Source: Paramecium tetraurelia (Eukaryota). From it: a stretch of DNA of 64,000 bases. This document shows, piece after piece, positions 1 through 11,965 of the stretch. The DNA is taken from the NCBI GenBank assembly GCA_000165425.1, contig CT868518.1:62001-126000 (forward strand). Reading direction: 5' to 3'. Below the pieces are notes generated by a model that made no database searches, was not told where the DNA came from, and was given only the letters and a program-made list of their open reading frames with translations. Both the position numbers and the translations under genes were made by a program. How positions within the stretch are numbered: position 1 is the stretch's first letter; the number at the start of each line of letters is the position of its first letter.

Positions 1-1
1 C

Positions 2-61
2 ACGATCAAGTAGGCCTCGCTCCTTATAATTGATGAGGAGACCGATGAAGAGGTGTTTTGA
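2..61 (+). CDS. Possible 3' end of a gene entering from the left edge
   Basis: Frame reads TIKQASLLIIDEETDEEVF then TGA, followed by AT-rich sequence; too short to be sure. Confidence 0.3.
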
Positions 62-375
62 AAGTCCTGTTTAAAAATATTTCAGTGAGATTTGTGTGTA
101 TATATTTTCTCCAAAACCATATATTAACCAATTATTAGTTATTTAGAATATGAGAAATGCTTCTAGAATTCTTGCCATATATAATTTTTTTTCACCAACA
201 TCGCCAATATTGCGCATCTTAAAATAAATAACATAAAATTAATACGCATTATTTTATCACCAATATATATCCAAAATACAATTAATTTTCCAAAAATAAA
301 CTAAAAATAAAATCCCCTTTTAACTTAATTTGATATAATTTAAAATTATATAATATAAAAATCAATTTTTCTTAA

Positions 376-636
376 ATGACACAAACCTACTTCTAAAATG
401 CTCTTAAGTATGTGCAAACTCTCTATGATCAAAAATATATCGCCAAAGAGGAAAAATCAATACTCAAAATGATAATTATGCGTCAAGATGTTAATGACAA
501 GTTAGTAGACAGAAGAGATGCAATAACTTAAGTCTCTCAAAAATTAAAGACACTCAGAAGAATCAAGAGGTTACATCTCTAAACTTCGAGCAGTTTAAAT
601 CAAATTACTGAAAAAAGCATCGAAATCGATTCCTGA
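376..636 (+). CDS. Small hypothetical protein (86 aa)
   Basis: ATG..TGA open in ciliate code: MTQTYFQNALKYVQTLYDQKYIAKEEKSILKMIIMRQD... Confidence 0.6.
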
Positions 637-932
637 AAGGAACTATTTTCTAATGATTTTAATTTGTTTTTATTTATTCGTAATTAATACTTAAAGTTAT
701 TCAATTCACTGATTCAATATAAAAATTAATAATATAATAACCAATAATTTGTATCTCCAATCTGAATTACAAATACTTAGCTTAATAATATTAAGAACCT
801 TCTTCTTAAACTATTACATTATTCTGAGATAATAAAATATTGTGAACCCTAATGGTGGTTCGTTATGTAATGAGTAAAAATATTGAAAAATAATCAAATG
901 AACTATTTTGCTTCTGTAAAAATAATTATAAA

Positions 933-2015
933 ATGTAATCTAGTCCGTTAAAAAAAAAGTTCAATCTCACTCTAAATACGTCAAGAGGAACTCGGGCTTC
1001 GTTTTAGGAGTCCTGCACTTCTAAGTCTCCTTTTAAGTGTAACACAGATCAGATAATAAAATGTAATCAACTTGAATAGGAATTGCATAGATCAAATTAG
1101 CAAAGGAAATTGTTAGAGCTAGAATTGGATGATTTAAATAACCAATACATTAGGAAATCATCCGCCCTACATGATTGTGAAATGGAAAACCTATTATTAA
1201 AGCAATAAATTTAAGCAATAAGACAATAGCATGAAATATAGAAACTATAGTACACTTACAAGTAATTATTTATTAAAAGCAGATAGAAAAACTAGAGCTA
1301 TTTGGAATAGTATCATAAGTTCAGATGCATGGAAAAAACTCTGGAATCCGATAATAATTTGGAATAGTAAATAAAACAATTATCAGAATAAAATGAATCA
1401 ATGAAGTAATAGCTATAAGAAATGAAATTGCAATACAAAATCATCCAAGATAATTATTAGGAAATAAAAGTGGAGAGGAATTCTTTCTATTAAAAATTGG
1501 TGGAAATTTAAACGAAAGGCACATCAAAGGAGGACAAGATAAAATAATTGGAGAATGACAACAATCTTCACCAAAGCCAGATAAATCAATTAACTGAGAG
1601 CAATAAGAAGTTATAAGAGCAGCTCAAGCAATTAGGTAAAGTTTAAGAGAAAAAAGAAAAATGGAAAATTCGATATAAGAATTATAGGAACGAGATCGAG
1701 TATCAATAAATTAAGAGCAGGAAATCAAGTGATTCCCAATAAGTATAGGAGGGATAGAAGATTGGTTCCGATTAGAATAATCTGATTGAGGAGTTGACTG
1801 AATTGAAAGACAAGTTACAATAATTGGAAGTTGAAAATTAATATTTGCGTGAATAAAATATTGAGATGTAAACCTAGCTATAGCTGACTACTGATAAGTT
1901 ACTTAAATAGCAATTATAAAATTCATTGCCTAAGGAACAAAGCTAAGCATTTTCATTTTAATAATATAATCAAAATTATTATAAATCTAATTAGCAATAA
2001 GAGGAACATGAATGA
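933..2015 (+). CDS. Coiled-coil hypothetical protein
   Basis: MQSSPLKKKFNLTLNTSRG... then E/Q/K/L heptads; short GT-AG intron near 1262; ends EEHE-TGA. Confidence 0.7.
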
Positions 2016-2241
2016 TAGTACAAAATTTGATATTCATATATAATATATGAATTTTTAAATTATTTTGTAATAAAACTAATTACATTAATCCTATTATTTT
2101 TTCACTTTCTTCTATTATCAGAGCCATAGATGAAGATAGAATGTAACTGAGTAGGATCACTCTGATTGAGATAAGGTTGTAATTGATAAAATAATTGTTA
2201 TTTACATAATTTAAATCAGTTAATAAATTTGAATATTAAAA

Positions 2242-4067
2242 ATGAATTTGAGAGATGGTCAAACAGAAAAGATAGAAAAGGACTTTTCACGATTGTTGGA
2301 GAGATATAATCGTTCGAAATAAGTGATCGATTAATTGTGTTAATCGGGCGGGAAGAATGATACTACAATACGTTCTGACAAAAATTACAAGGAGGACAAA
2401 GAAAAGGAGTACGTATCAAGAGACAAGTATAACAAAATGAGAAGTTTAAATAAAGAGCTTAAAGTATAAAATTGAATTAATAATTAAAATAGATAACTCT
2501 TAAGGAATATATTGATCAAACAAAGGAACTGGAATCCACAATTAGAGGCAAAGATGATCTTATCGAAAAGTATGAGAAGGAACTAAGAGAATAATAGGAG
2601 AATCTGTATAATCAATTGCAAGAATAGAAGGAATAGATTTTGAAAGAAGATTAACAAACACGAACTGCTGAAGAACTAAAAGCCTAATTATCATAGGCTA
2701 AATAGAAATTGATGAAAAAGAAAGCAAAAATTCAATTACTAAAAGAATCTCAAAAAAAGAATGATGTAAAATTACATTTGATGTTGTGTTTAGAGTAAGT
2801 TCGAAGATTAGAGACTAGGATTCCAATAAGAATTGGACAGAGTGTAGAAATTGTGTGAGGACTTCTCAATTGAAATGTAAGATTAATTGATTAATGATTC
2901 ATTAGAAAAGATTCAGAAAAGAGACTAATTTGTTTGAGTGATGAAAATGAGCATTTTAAATAGCTGCTGGATTAAAAGGAGGAAGATAGAAGATATTTAG
3001 AAATGATGATTTAAGAAGAGAGGGAAAACACAAATAAAATAAGAGCTAAAATTTAAGAATTTATGGATGAGAAAAAGATTTTGTAAATTACAATAGAAAA
3101 TTAAGGGAAGAGAGTTTAAGACTTAGAGGAACAATTAAGATAAGCTGATACGAGATATCAAATGTTGTAGGGGAAATTAGATTAAGAGAAACAAGGATTG
3201 ATTGGTGAATTGCAAGAGACATTGTAGAAAAAGAAATAAAAAACTAAATAGATGCAATCCTATATCTAGCAATTAGAGTAGAAATTACAAGAAAAATCAA
3301 AAGAAGATATTATAGTTAATAAACAAATATAAGACTTACAAGGTGAATAGATGAGGTTGCATTCTTAACTTGAGGAGTAGAAACACAAAACTGATTAAGC
3401 ACTCAATGAGACTTAATTTAAAGTTCAAGAAGTAAGAGATCTTAAAGGAGAAATGGAGAAATATAGATAGAGTCTCTAAATTTAGGATGAAAAAATATCA
3501 AAATATGATGTTCAATACTAGATCGATTAGAAAGAGAAATAAAGATTACATCATGAAATTGAGATTTGTGAATAAGAGAATAGAAAATTATAGCATTTGT
3601 TATACGAACAAGATAGAGAGATTGACTACATGAGACAATAATAAGAATAAGTATAAATACATCATTTACAATTTGTAGGAGATCTTACATATTGAGAAGA
3701 AGGTTGATTCTCTGGTTACAGAAGTGCATGTTGCTAGGGAAGAGGCAAATGAATGGAAGCGAAATGCTTCTGATTTGAAAAGATAGTTATAATAACAAGA
3801 AGAACATACTAATTAATTCAAAGCAAAGTATCTGAAGAGCAAATAGAATTCAAAGAATCTAGAGAATGAATAAAAATTTGTAATTTATATTTCAATAATC
3901 AATTTTAGCTTGAAGAAAAAGTGAAATCTTTGGAAAATGAAAAATTGCTTGGGGAGAGAGAAGCTTTGAAAAATACGGTAGTTTAATAAAAATACGTTCA
4001 ATAAAGTAAAATAAAGGTACTTGATGAAATCTAGAACATGATCAAGTAGCATAAATATAGAGAATGA
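2242..4067 (+). CDS. Long coiled-coil protein
   Basis: MNLRDGQTEKIEKDFSRLLERYNRSK...; E/K/Q-rich heptads; introns near 2464 and 3650; ends KYRE-TGA. Confidence 0.75.
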
Positions 4068-4086
4068 ATTTTTATATTTAATATTA

Positions 4087-4593
4087 ATGAGGACAGCTAA
4101 AGAGGGAGAATATCCATATTTACATAATTTAAAAAACACTATCGATGATAACGCTCAAAAATTCTTTGAAAAGGATATCTTGAATGAACAAGAAAAGTAG
4201 ACAGCTGCCGATCTTTATATCGAATACAATAAGAATATAACAGAGGTGAACAAGTTCTTATTGCTTGAATATTCGGTGTTACAAAATAAAGTAGATATTT
4301 AATATGAGAGTTAGATCACCAATTGTCTTAGGAATCGTTGTTATGATGATATTTTTAAGGATAGACAGTCAATAAGATTTTGTGTAATCGAATGCACTTA
4401 AGGTTTGAAAGATGCAGATAAATTCGTTTAGAATTAATTTTAATTATTGAAGGATGATTTCTAACAATGTATGGAAAAGACGAATACAGGACAATGGATG
4501 ATTTCAGGTGTTTTCAAATGTTATAATAATATGAATGAAAGCTTTTCATAATTAAAATTAAACATTAGAGAGGAATTCAATTATTATTAATGA
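4087..4593 (+). CDS. FAM136A/DUF842-like Cys-motif helical protein (168 aa)
   Basis: Intronless; NCLRNRCYDD...FCVIECTQGLKDADKFVQNQFQLLKDDFQQCM...KCY resembles the FAM136A pattern. Confidence 0.6.
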
Positions 4594-4614
4594 ATTATAA
4601 TTGTAGATAATTAT

Positions 4615-5269
4615 TCATTAGCATAAACTATACAAATTTGTACAGAATTCTTCTATTGTGCATTATTCCTTATGTTAAAATTAGATATATCCTTATTATT
4701 GATCAATTTAGGCCTGTAGTCTCTCCGTGATGATCATGTTCTCTAAAAGTTCATAAGCTTCTTCCTATTTCAATTTACAATACTGAGCCAGTTTCTATAT
4801 GGAGATGTTGCTGTAAAATCGACTAATAGCTGTGATGATATGTTCACAAAATAAATTGGGATTTACTTTAGTTTCTCTGGCGAAATTTTCAATATCATTC
4901 CACTTTAATAGATCCTAAAGTACACTAGAATAAATAATTTAAACCAAAGTACTTAGATTTAATAAAAGGAAGCCATTTTGACTTTTAAATTCGGCTGTCC
5001 CTATAGATTGTGAGAAGAAGTGCCTGTCTCTTTGCAGAAGCAGGAGCAGTCAATCCATTGATGATGGCTCTTTAAAAGTATTCTGGTTTCTTTTAGCTTA
5101 AATTATAGAAGATAGAAGCAGCCTATAATCTTTTTTGGTCATGTTCATAAATGATAGCCTAAGCAATATCACATTTTAGTTTTTCATCAGGACTTAATTT
5201 GGCTCTGCCTTTTTCTAAATTCTGACTTAAAATTTATCTAGCCTCTTGATAAGACTCTTCAATTTCCAT
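4615..5269 (-). CDS. PCI-domain protein, COP9 signalosome subunit 4-like (short, about 208 aa)
   Basis: AASIFYNLS...APASAKRQALLLTIYRDSR...EHIITAISRFYSNISIQKLA...MIITERLQAQIDQQQGYIQF parallels the CSN4 C-terminal half; one 28-nt intron. Confidence 0.7.
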
Positions 5270-5291
5270 ATTAAAATAAATAAATAATGAA

Positions 5292-6864
5292 TCAATATTT
5301 TAGTTTATTACATTCCCAAAACCCAATATAAGTTTACCCATATTTTTAAGTGTAAGTGCCTCTTCCGTTCATTTAATCTTTCTGAAATCCCCCTATGTAA
5401 CAATCACTGTTTGAGAATGTAATACTTCCGATTCCATGTTTTCTAATACTGATATGCAAAATACTTATTTTAAGAGAATTCACCCTCATATTTTACCCAA
5501 TAATTCAAAATACCAGGAAATTCATTAATATTAAGGAAAGTATCCATGATATCAGGATTTTCATTGAATTAAACTCCAACCCCATGGAATTAACCATTTA
5601 AAAATTCACCATCATACCCAACCGTAGAATCAGAATTATACAGAACACCTTTACCATTCATTTATTCATTCATGATCTCTCCCTCGTAGTATCTTCCATC
5701 ACCAAATTATAATTTACCTGACCTTGATTGACTCCAGTTTTGTAAAAGAGTCTAAGGTTCTTTATTGTCTATCTATTATTGTTAGGAGATGGTGGATATC
5801 AATTATTAATTATTGGATTGTAATGGATTAGTATGATTTGGTAAACTATTATTTCCAGGGATTGATTGAGAATTTAAAAAAGTTTATTCTGGATAGAGTG
5901 GAATATTCATCAATCTTGAGGTTTCTACAGGAGATTTATAAGGGTTTCCTTATAATTTAGATTAGCTATTGCTCTGTTTGTGCATCTTCAAGAGTAGATT
6001 AGTGCTATCAGTTATCTTACATTGTTGAGCTTCTTTCAGAATATTTTGAATATCTTGGTAAGTGCATCTTTGATTAGGATCGAATTAGAGCATATTGGCA
6101 ATAATATCTGCAAGAGTGGTGGGATAATTTTTGTAGAATTCAGCAATTCTAGTTGTCATTCTTTGATGATCTATAGTATTGTTCTGGTAAAGTGAGTCGC
6201 ATGATTTGGCTATGCTTAGTTATGCTGATGTAATACCTAATGCAACATGGAGAAGGAGCATGCCAAAGGTGAAGACGGTTGATTTTTCAAGGGAATACTT
6301 AAGCGAGGGATCCTGTTTGAAGTCTTCTGGTGCTGGATACAAGTAGGGTATTTGTTTTCCCCAGAAGTCAATGGGTCGGTAGGAGTAATCAAAGCTTCTC
6401 AATTTCCAGACATCATTTTCACCTTGCCATAGATTATTGAATCCTATGTATTGTTTCTTATCGAGGTTTAATTGAGCGAACACTACGCAATCAATCAGAT
6501 GATACAATTCTTTAGATGAGTAATCATGTTGTCCTCTATTTTGAAGGTACTCTGCAAAACTTTGGATTGGATGTTCAACGAGTAATTGGAGTTCATAGAA
6601 TGTAGAACAGAATTCATCGTGAGTCAAGGTGTTTTGTTTGAAGATTTGGAGCAGAGTTTGACAGGTTCTCAGAGGAGTCAGATCTTTTACTGCTCTCTTG
6701 AAGGAGTCCTCATCATGATACTTGAAAGTCCAATATTCTAACTTTTGCATTGTAGAATTATTCTGAAATAGTACGTATGTAGATTATTTGTCAATTATGT
6801 CGAATTATTTGAGGGTTTCTTCAAAAAGTTGGGATTGAGTTTGTTTTGGTTATGGAATTCCCAT
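5292..6864 (-). CDS. Pseudokinase with C-terminal MORN repeats
   Basis: Kinase C-lobe motifs (PAPE, KSTVFTFGMLLL, MLQFDPNQR) without HRD/DFG; MORN units YEGEIMNEQMNGKG, YDGEFLNGQFHGVG, YEGEF..KHGIG, YIGGFQKDQMNGRG. Confidence 0.8.
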
Positions 6865-6887
6865 ATAAAATTAAAATTAATATAGAG

Positions 6888-9800
6888 ATGAGTTTGAAGC
6901 GTGCAAAGGGAATGAAGGTGAAACAAAGCAGTAGTGCCGAGGAGGAGAAGAAGAGCGACTCGATTTCGAAATAGATAAAAAAATAGAGGAAGAAAAATAA
7001 TATGGTGGGAATGGTGGAGAATAAGAAAAAAGTGAAAACTCAAGTTGTTAAGAGAGAAGATGCATGGAAACACTTGGAAACAGTTGTGGATTAGTTGGTT
7101 CAGAGTGATCCGAGGAATATTTTGGATAGTGAGGAATTGAGTGGTTTAATTGCAGAGTTTGAGAATACCGAGGGCAATCCAAAAGACTCATATAGAGAAT
7201 GGTTTGACAAGGAGTATGAGTATTAGTACGACGAGGCAGCGCAATTAATGAAGGTATAATACAGTAAAAGAATAGCCTATCAATTTCAAGAGCAATTTGT
7301 GTTATTTGCATCAATTCAGAAAAAGAGTGGAATACCGGTAGTATTGGGATATTTAAGAAATAATAAAGGATTTGCATAAATTATTTGGTAACATTTACCT
7401 GAAATGCCGAAACCAATAATCCTACTATTATTTGTCCAGGGTCTGGGATGATGCGAAGCCAAAGATAAGAACAGTGATTCAAGAATTCTCTGAACTCATT
7501 AAGGAGGAAGTATACAATATTCTTTAAATGAATACCGAATTTAAAGTATTCTCCACCATTTGGCCCGTTGTGCCTGAAAAGAAGGAAATACGTACCTACA
7601 TAGAAATCCAAGATTTTGAACCTAATCCAAATGAGGAGCCCCACATTTCTCAGATTAAGGAAAAGTTATCAAGCAAGAAAATTCCAGTTAAATGCAAGAG
7701 TGATTGTGTTTGTTTCGATTTGAGCAGAATGGGAACTTTCAATTATTCAGAAATCAAATGGGATTCCGAATGTCCCAATAGAAGTAATAGAATTGAATGT
7801 AGAGAACATGAAGGAACTGATAGACCGTGTTCAAATATGCAGATTTAATTAAAATAATATTTAACTAATAGAACAAATTTTGGGGATAACGCAGATGTGG
7901 AAGTACGATAATGTCATATATTTATTTAAGGAAACCTTGTGTTGGGGCATTGATGTTTACACTAGGAATGTGATTATCAACATATTGCCGTTGAACTATG
8001 TCGAGTCTCAGAAGAACCAATTTATTGAGAAATTGATATTGGCCATCAATAGACCAAACGATAAAGAGAGAGGCTATGATATGGGATTGGCATGTGATTA
8101 CATCATACGAGAGTCCAGAATGCTTTCCAGTCTATATAATAAGGATGATAGAAAGATGGCCAAATCAATCAAAAGAGTCATCAAACTTGATGGAGGAGGA
8201 TTCCGTATCCACACTAAGGGATGTGGTCTGGTTTGTGTAAACAAATTCGGCATCAAAACTAATTCTCTTATCATACCATATTTAGGTGAAATCTACTAGC
8301 CCTGGAGATGGTATGAAAAGCAGGACTTTATTAAAAAACAAATGAAAGAACAAAACAAAAAGGATATTCTCCCAGACTTTTATAATATCATGTTGGATAG
8401 ACATCTCGATGATGAGGATGGCATCGATATACTCTTCGTTGACCCAATCAACAAAGGCAACTTTTCATCTAGATTAAGTCACTCATGTAATCCCAATTGT
8501 GGCACTGTCACTACAGTCAGCAATGGCACTTATGTCATTGGGATGTATGCTATGCGTGATATATAATTTGGAGAAGAATTGACTTTTGATTATTGTTCAT
8601 TCACTGAGAGTAAACAAGAACAATTGTAAGCCTTATGCTTATGTGGAAGTGAAAATTGTAAGAAATATTATTTGGGATTATCCAATCAAAGAGAATACAA
8701 TGCCATTTTAGACAGAACTCATTGCTTCCTTAAGAGAAATGCGATCCTCTTTAACTCTTGTCTTGATAACTTCAAAATTGATTAGAGTCTACTAGACAAA
8801 TATAAGATTGGATCCAGTCTATTAACAGGTTGTCCATTTTGGTTAAAATGCTGGATATGCTAATTACTTGTTTTCATAGATGAAGAGTATATATTGAATT
8901 AATCTTAGGTACATAATATATAAGGCTGAATTGGATACTAAATTTATTCTCAATGAGGAAACTGAAAAATGGAATTAATTTACTGCTTAATTACATTCTG
9001 AAGAAAGAATACAGAACTTAATTTTTACCTTAGATAAGATTAAGTTTTTCCTAAAGTAGAGTGATACAGTAGAACCTCCATTAACCAAAATTACTAACGA
9101 GGATCTCATCATGAATTTCTGGGGGATGACTAATGAATCTTTATTATCAAATGAACTTTATTAGTTGTTTTAGAAACATGGATTGAAAAAGCTGATGGAA
9201 TTGATTGTTCTTATTCAAGATAAGAGACATTTGTATGATGTTCAAGAATAATTATTACTAACAAGATTACTATTCTTAGTACTCTCACATTTACTATTAC
9301 AATAGAAGTAATCCTTCTACTATGAAGGGTTGTCTTTGATCTTATAGATGATGGCATTCACATACACATACTTCAAACCCACAGAATATAAAGGCTTTCA
9401 GTCTCCTCCAATAGACGATCTCGAATGGGGTAAAGTAGGCTTGATCAAGAGGAAATGCAAGGCAGAGGGGAAGACCTACTCTTCCTTATTTGCGTGGGGC
9501 TAATTAGTCGGTTGGTATAAACAAACTGTACTTGCTCCTCAACTTTCGCTTTGTGTGGACAGAAGAGGAACCTTGTTGTATCCTCAGATCAGTTCGTTTG
9601 ATAGCAATTCAGAGAGACAAGTTTCAGCTTAATAGGAGAAGAACAAGACAGACTTCATTTACAAGTATCTTGAGAAACGGTTCAACATTACAGTTGCAGA
9701 GATGAGTTACAAAACCAATTAGAAATACTTTGGAACCATCTTCTTTGAATAGGTGTATTCATAGGAATTGGGTCAACAGTTTATAGATAGAGCATTGGTG

Positions 9801-10034
9801 TATGAAAAGAAGGATTTCAATGTCAAATTTAAGTAGTTCTTGAAATATGAGAAGTTGAAATTCAATCATTCTTCTGAATAAATTCATAAATTGATGGATC
9901 ATTTCAAAAATGTTGTTTAAGTTCCAAAATAACGAAGTAATAAAAAGAAACTTGAGGAGATCAAATCTGAAGAAAGATAGGAGGAGGATGAACCATTGTT
10001 TAAGAGAGAGTGTCTGATAACTTAAGAAATTTGA
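6888..10034 (+). CDS. SET-domain histone lysine methyltransferase, ATXR3/SDG2-like (about 1024 aa)
   Basis: WGIDVYT, KGCGLVC, YLGEIYQPWRWYEKQD, PDFYNIMLDR, RLSHSCNPNC, GEELTFDY, post-SET CLCGSENC, GQLVGWYKQT...RRGTLLYP; three introns of 22, 28 and 22 nt restore frame. Confidence 0.88.
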
Positions 10035-10054
10035 TTGTTTTCTTATTATATATT

Positions 10055-10731
10055 TCATTGAAGTAATTATCCATTTGAATAAACTCTTAATTCTGACAAC
10101 TTGATGTGAGTGGCATCCAGAGTTTTTGTATTTTAAGTGTGTTATGAATTTTATTAAGAATGGTTGGGACTCTGGAGGAGTGAAGGTCTTTGAGAATATG
10201 GATAAATGTTACTTAAGAAAACTCTTATCATCATCTTGAAGATATCTGTCAAGCTGTTTGAATTTACTGAGGTGAAAATCTTATTATTAGACTCGATGAG
10301 TGATGGATGAAGTTCTAGATGAACTGAAATAAATACACGTTGGTGATCTTCTTCATCAAAATGAGATTCTCCATCATATTCTACTAATGTCTAATTAATT
10401 GTTATAACTTCTTTTTGGCTTAGCATAATTTGACCTGTTAAGATAATGCCTTCTTTTCATTTGCTATTTCCATCAACTTAATTCTAAAATTAGGGAAGAC
10501 CTAAATACTTTATGCGTTGATTTTCTTCTCCGAGCTGTTATTGTTCTACCTACTTACGTCTGTTAATGGAATCGGATCTCATTCTCTCGACTTTGGCCAC
10601 CACACTGGAAATCTGTTTATTCTCGTATCCCTTGATGCTGGCTAATCGTTGCTTGTGCAGTGAAAATGCCCTACTATTGAAAAGACTTACATTCGTCTGG
10701 AGCGAAGAGAATCAAATTCTTAATAACTCAT
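10055..10731 (-). CDS. CFAP97/KIAA1430(Hemingway)-like coiled-coil protein
   Basis: After splicing a 20-nt intron: MSYQEFDSLRSRRMAFSLHKQRLASIK...LGEENQRIKIKLMEI...ENLILMKKI; 3' exon structure uncertain. Confidence 0.55.
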
Positions 10732-11439
10732 TAATTAATATTATTCTTCAATTGTTGGATCTCTAACTACTATTTGATGACCTTCTATTCTAGCAGGGCG
10801 ATTTCAGCTGATTACTCGAATTGTGAAATGGCAGCATCCAATTTGCTCCTCAGTCGTAGGAAGTCCGACTTTAGTGATGCCAAATCAATCTGTTGCACAT
10901 CCTTTCCATTACATTTTTCCTATCATTTCATTATAACAAACTCTTACTTGATGATAAGCCATCGATTTCCGATTGAATTGCTTATTACAATACTAACATG
11001 TTTCAATCACGTATTCGCACACCTGCAAATGATCGCCCTTTGCTCGTTTCAATGTTGTTACGAAACACCCAGGAGATGGACACGGTATACGTTGAAACTC
11101 ACACTCCTCAACATGCTTCTAATACTTCTTGTAGTCCAGTGTCACTTTACAACCGTATCGACGATTTACACATCCAATTACCATATCTCTGTAACTCTGG
11201 TAAATGGCATTGTTAGCAGGATTGAAATAATTGAGAGCTTTGCATTTCTAACAAAATATTTTTGGCCCTCTCGATTTCTATTTTAGATCTCCGTGACAAG
11301 TCTAGCACAGCAGTTTCTGACATCGATAACACTGAAGAGGTTATTAAGGAACCAATTGGCATTCAATGCATAAATTGGGCTGTAGATGCACCTTGACTTG
11401 ATCCCAATTCAATATTTGTCTGGTGTCAATAGGATTCAT
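10728..11439 (-). CDS. RING + TRAF-type zinc finger + coiled-coil protein (no MATH domain)
   Basis: CIEC..CYRC..CQTC..CQKC RING; CVNRRYGC..HVEEC, CPSPGC..HLQVC, CQYC..HQEKC fingers; one 28-nt intron. Confidence 0.8.
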
Positions 11440-11965
11440 AATTTATAATTATATTAATCACTCCAAATTCATTTCCACTTACTTAAAGTCTACCATTTCA
11501 ATCCTCATACCCCTACCCTGCCCTTGGTTCCTTTACACCGTTTCATCCCTGTATAACCAGTTTTGTCAAATAGATTATTATTATAAACTTTTGAGGCTCT
11601 CCTAACTGCTTCACACCAAAGAGATGCCACCACTACTCATCATCTCCCAAAATGACACAACTTAATATTATTAAATTAATTTAATTTAATATTTTACAAT
11701 TTTCATCTCCAAATTATAGATTGTAGAAGAAAAACGATTTTACATTCTTCAGTTCCAAATTATCATTTGCACTCTCACAACCCTCAGTATATTCTGCAAT
11801 AATTCCATATATGGTTTCTATTTAAAGTGAAAATTAAGATACTAAATTCTTTTTATTTTATTGTTTATTTATCAATTAATTTTGCTTTTCTTGAACTTAC
11901 TAACAACCATTTATATTAATCCATATCCTAATTTCTAATCTATTTTTCAAATAAATAATTTGTTA

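Noticed and set aside
6795..7644. Minus-strand ORFs from the track (6795-7073, 7048-7377, 7381-7644) and similar ones elsewhere
   Set aside because: Antisense shadows of real genes; artefacts of using the standard code.
11458..11924. Possible small minus-strand gene (MDQYKWLLVSSRK...)
   Set aside because: Could not build a consistent spliced frame to a stop; may be a degenerate gene.
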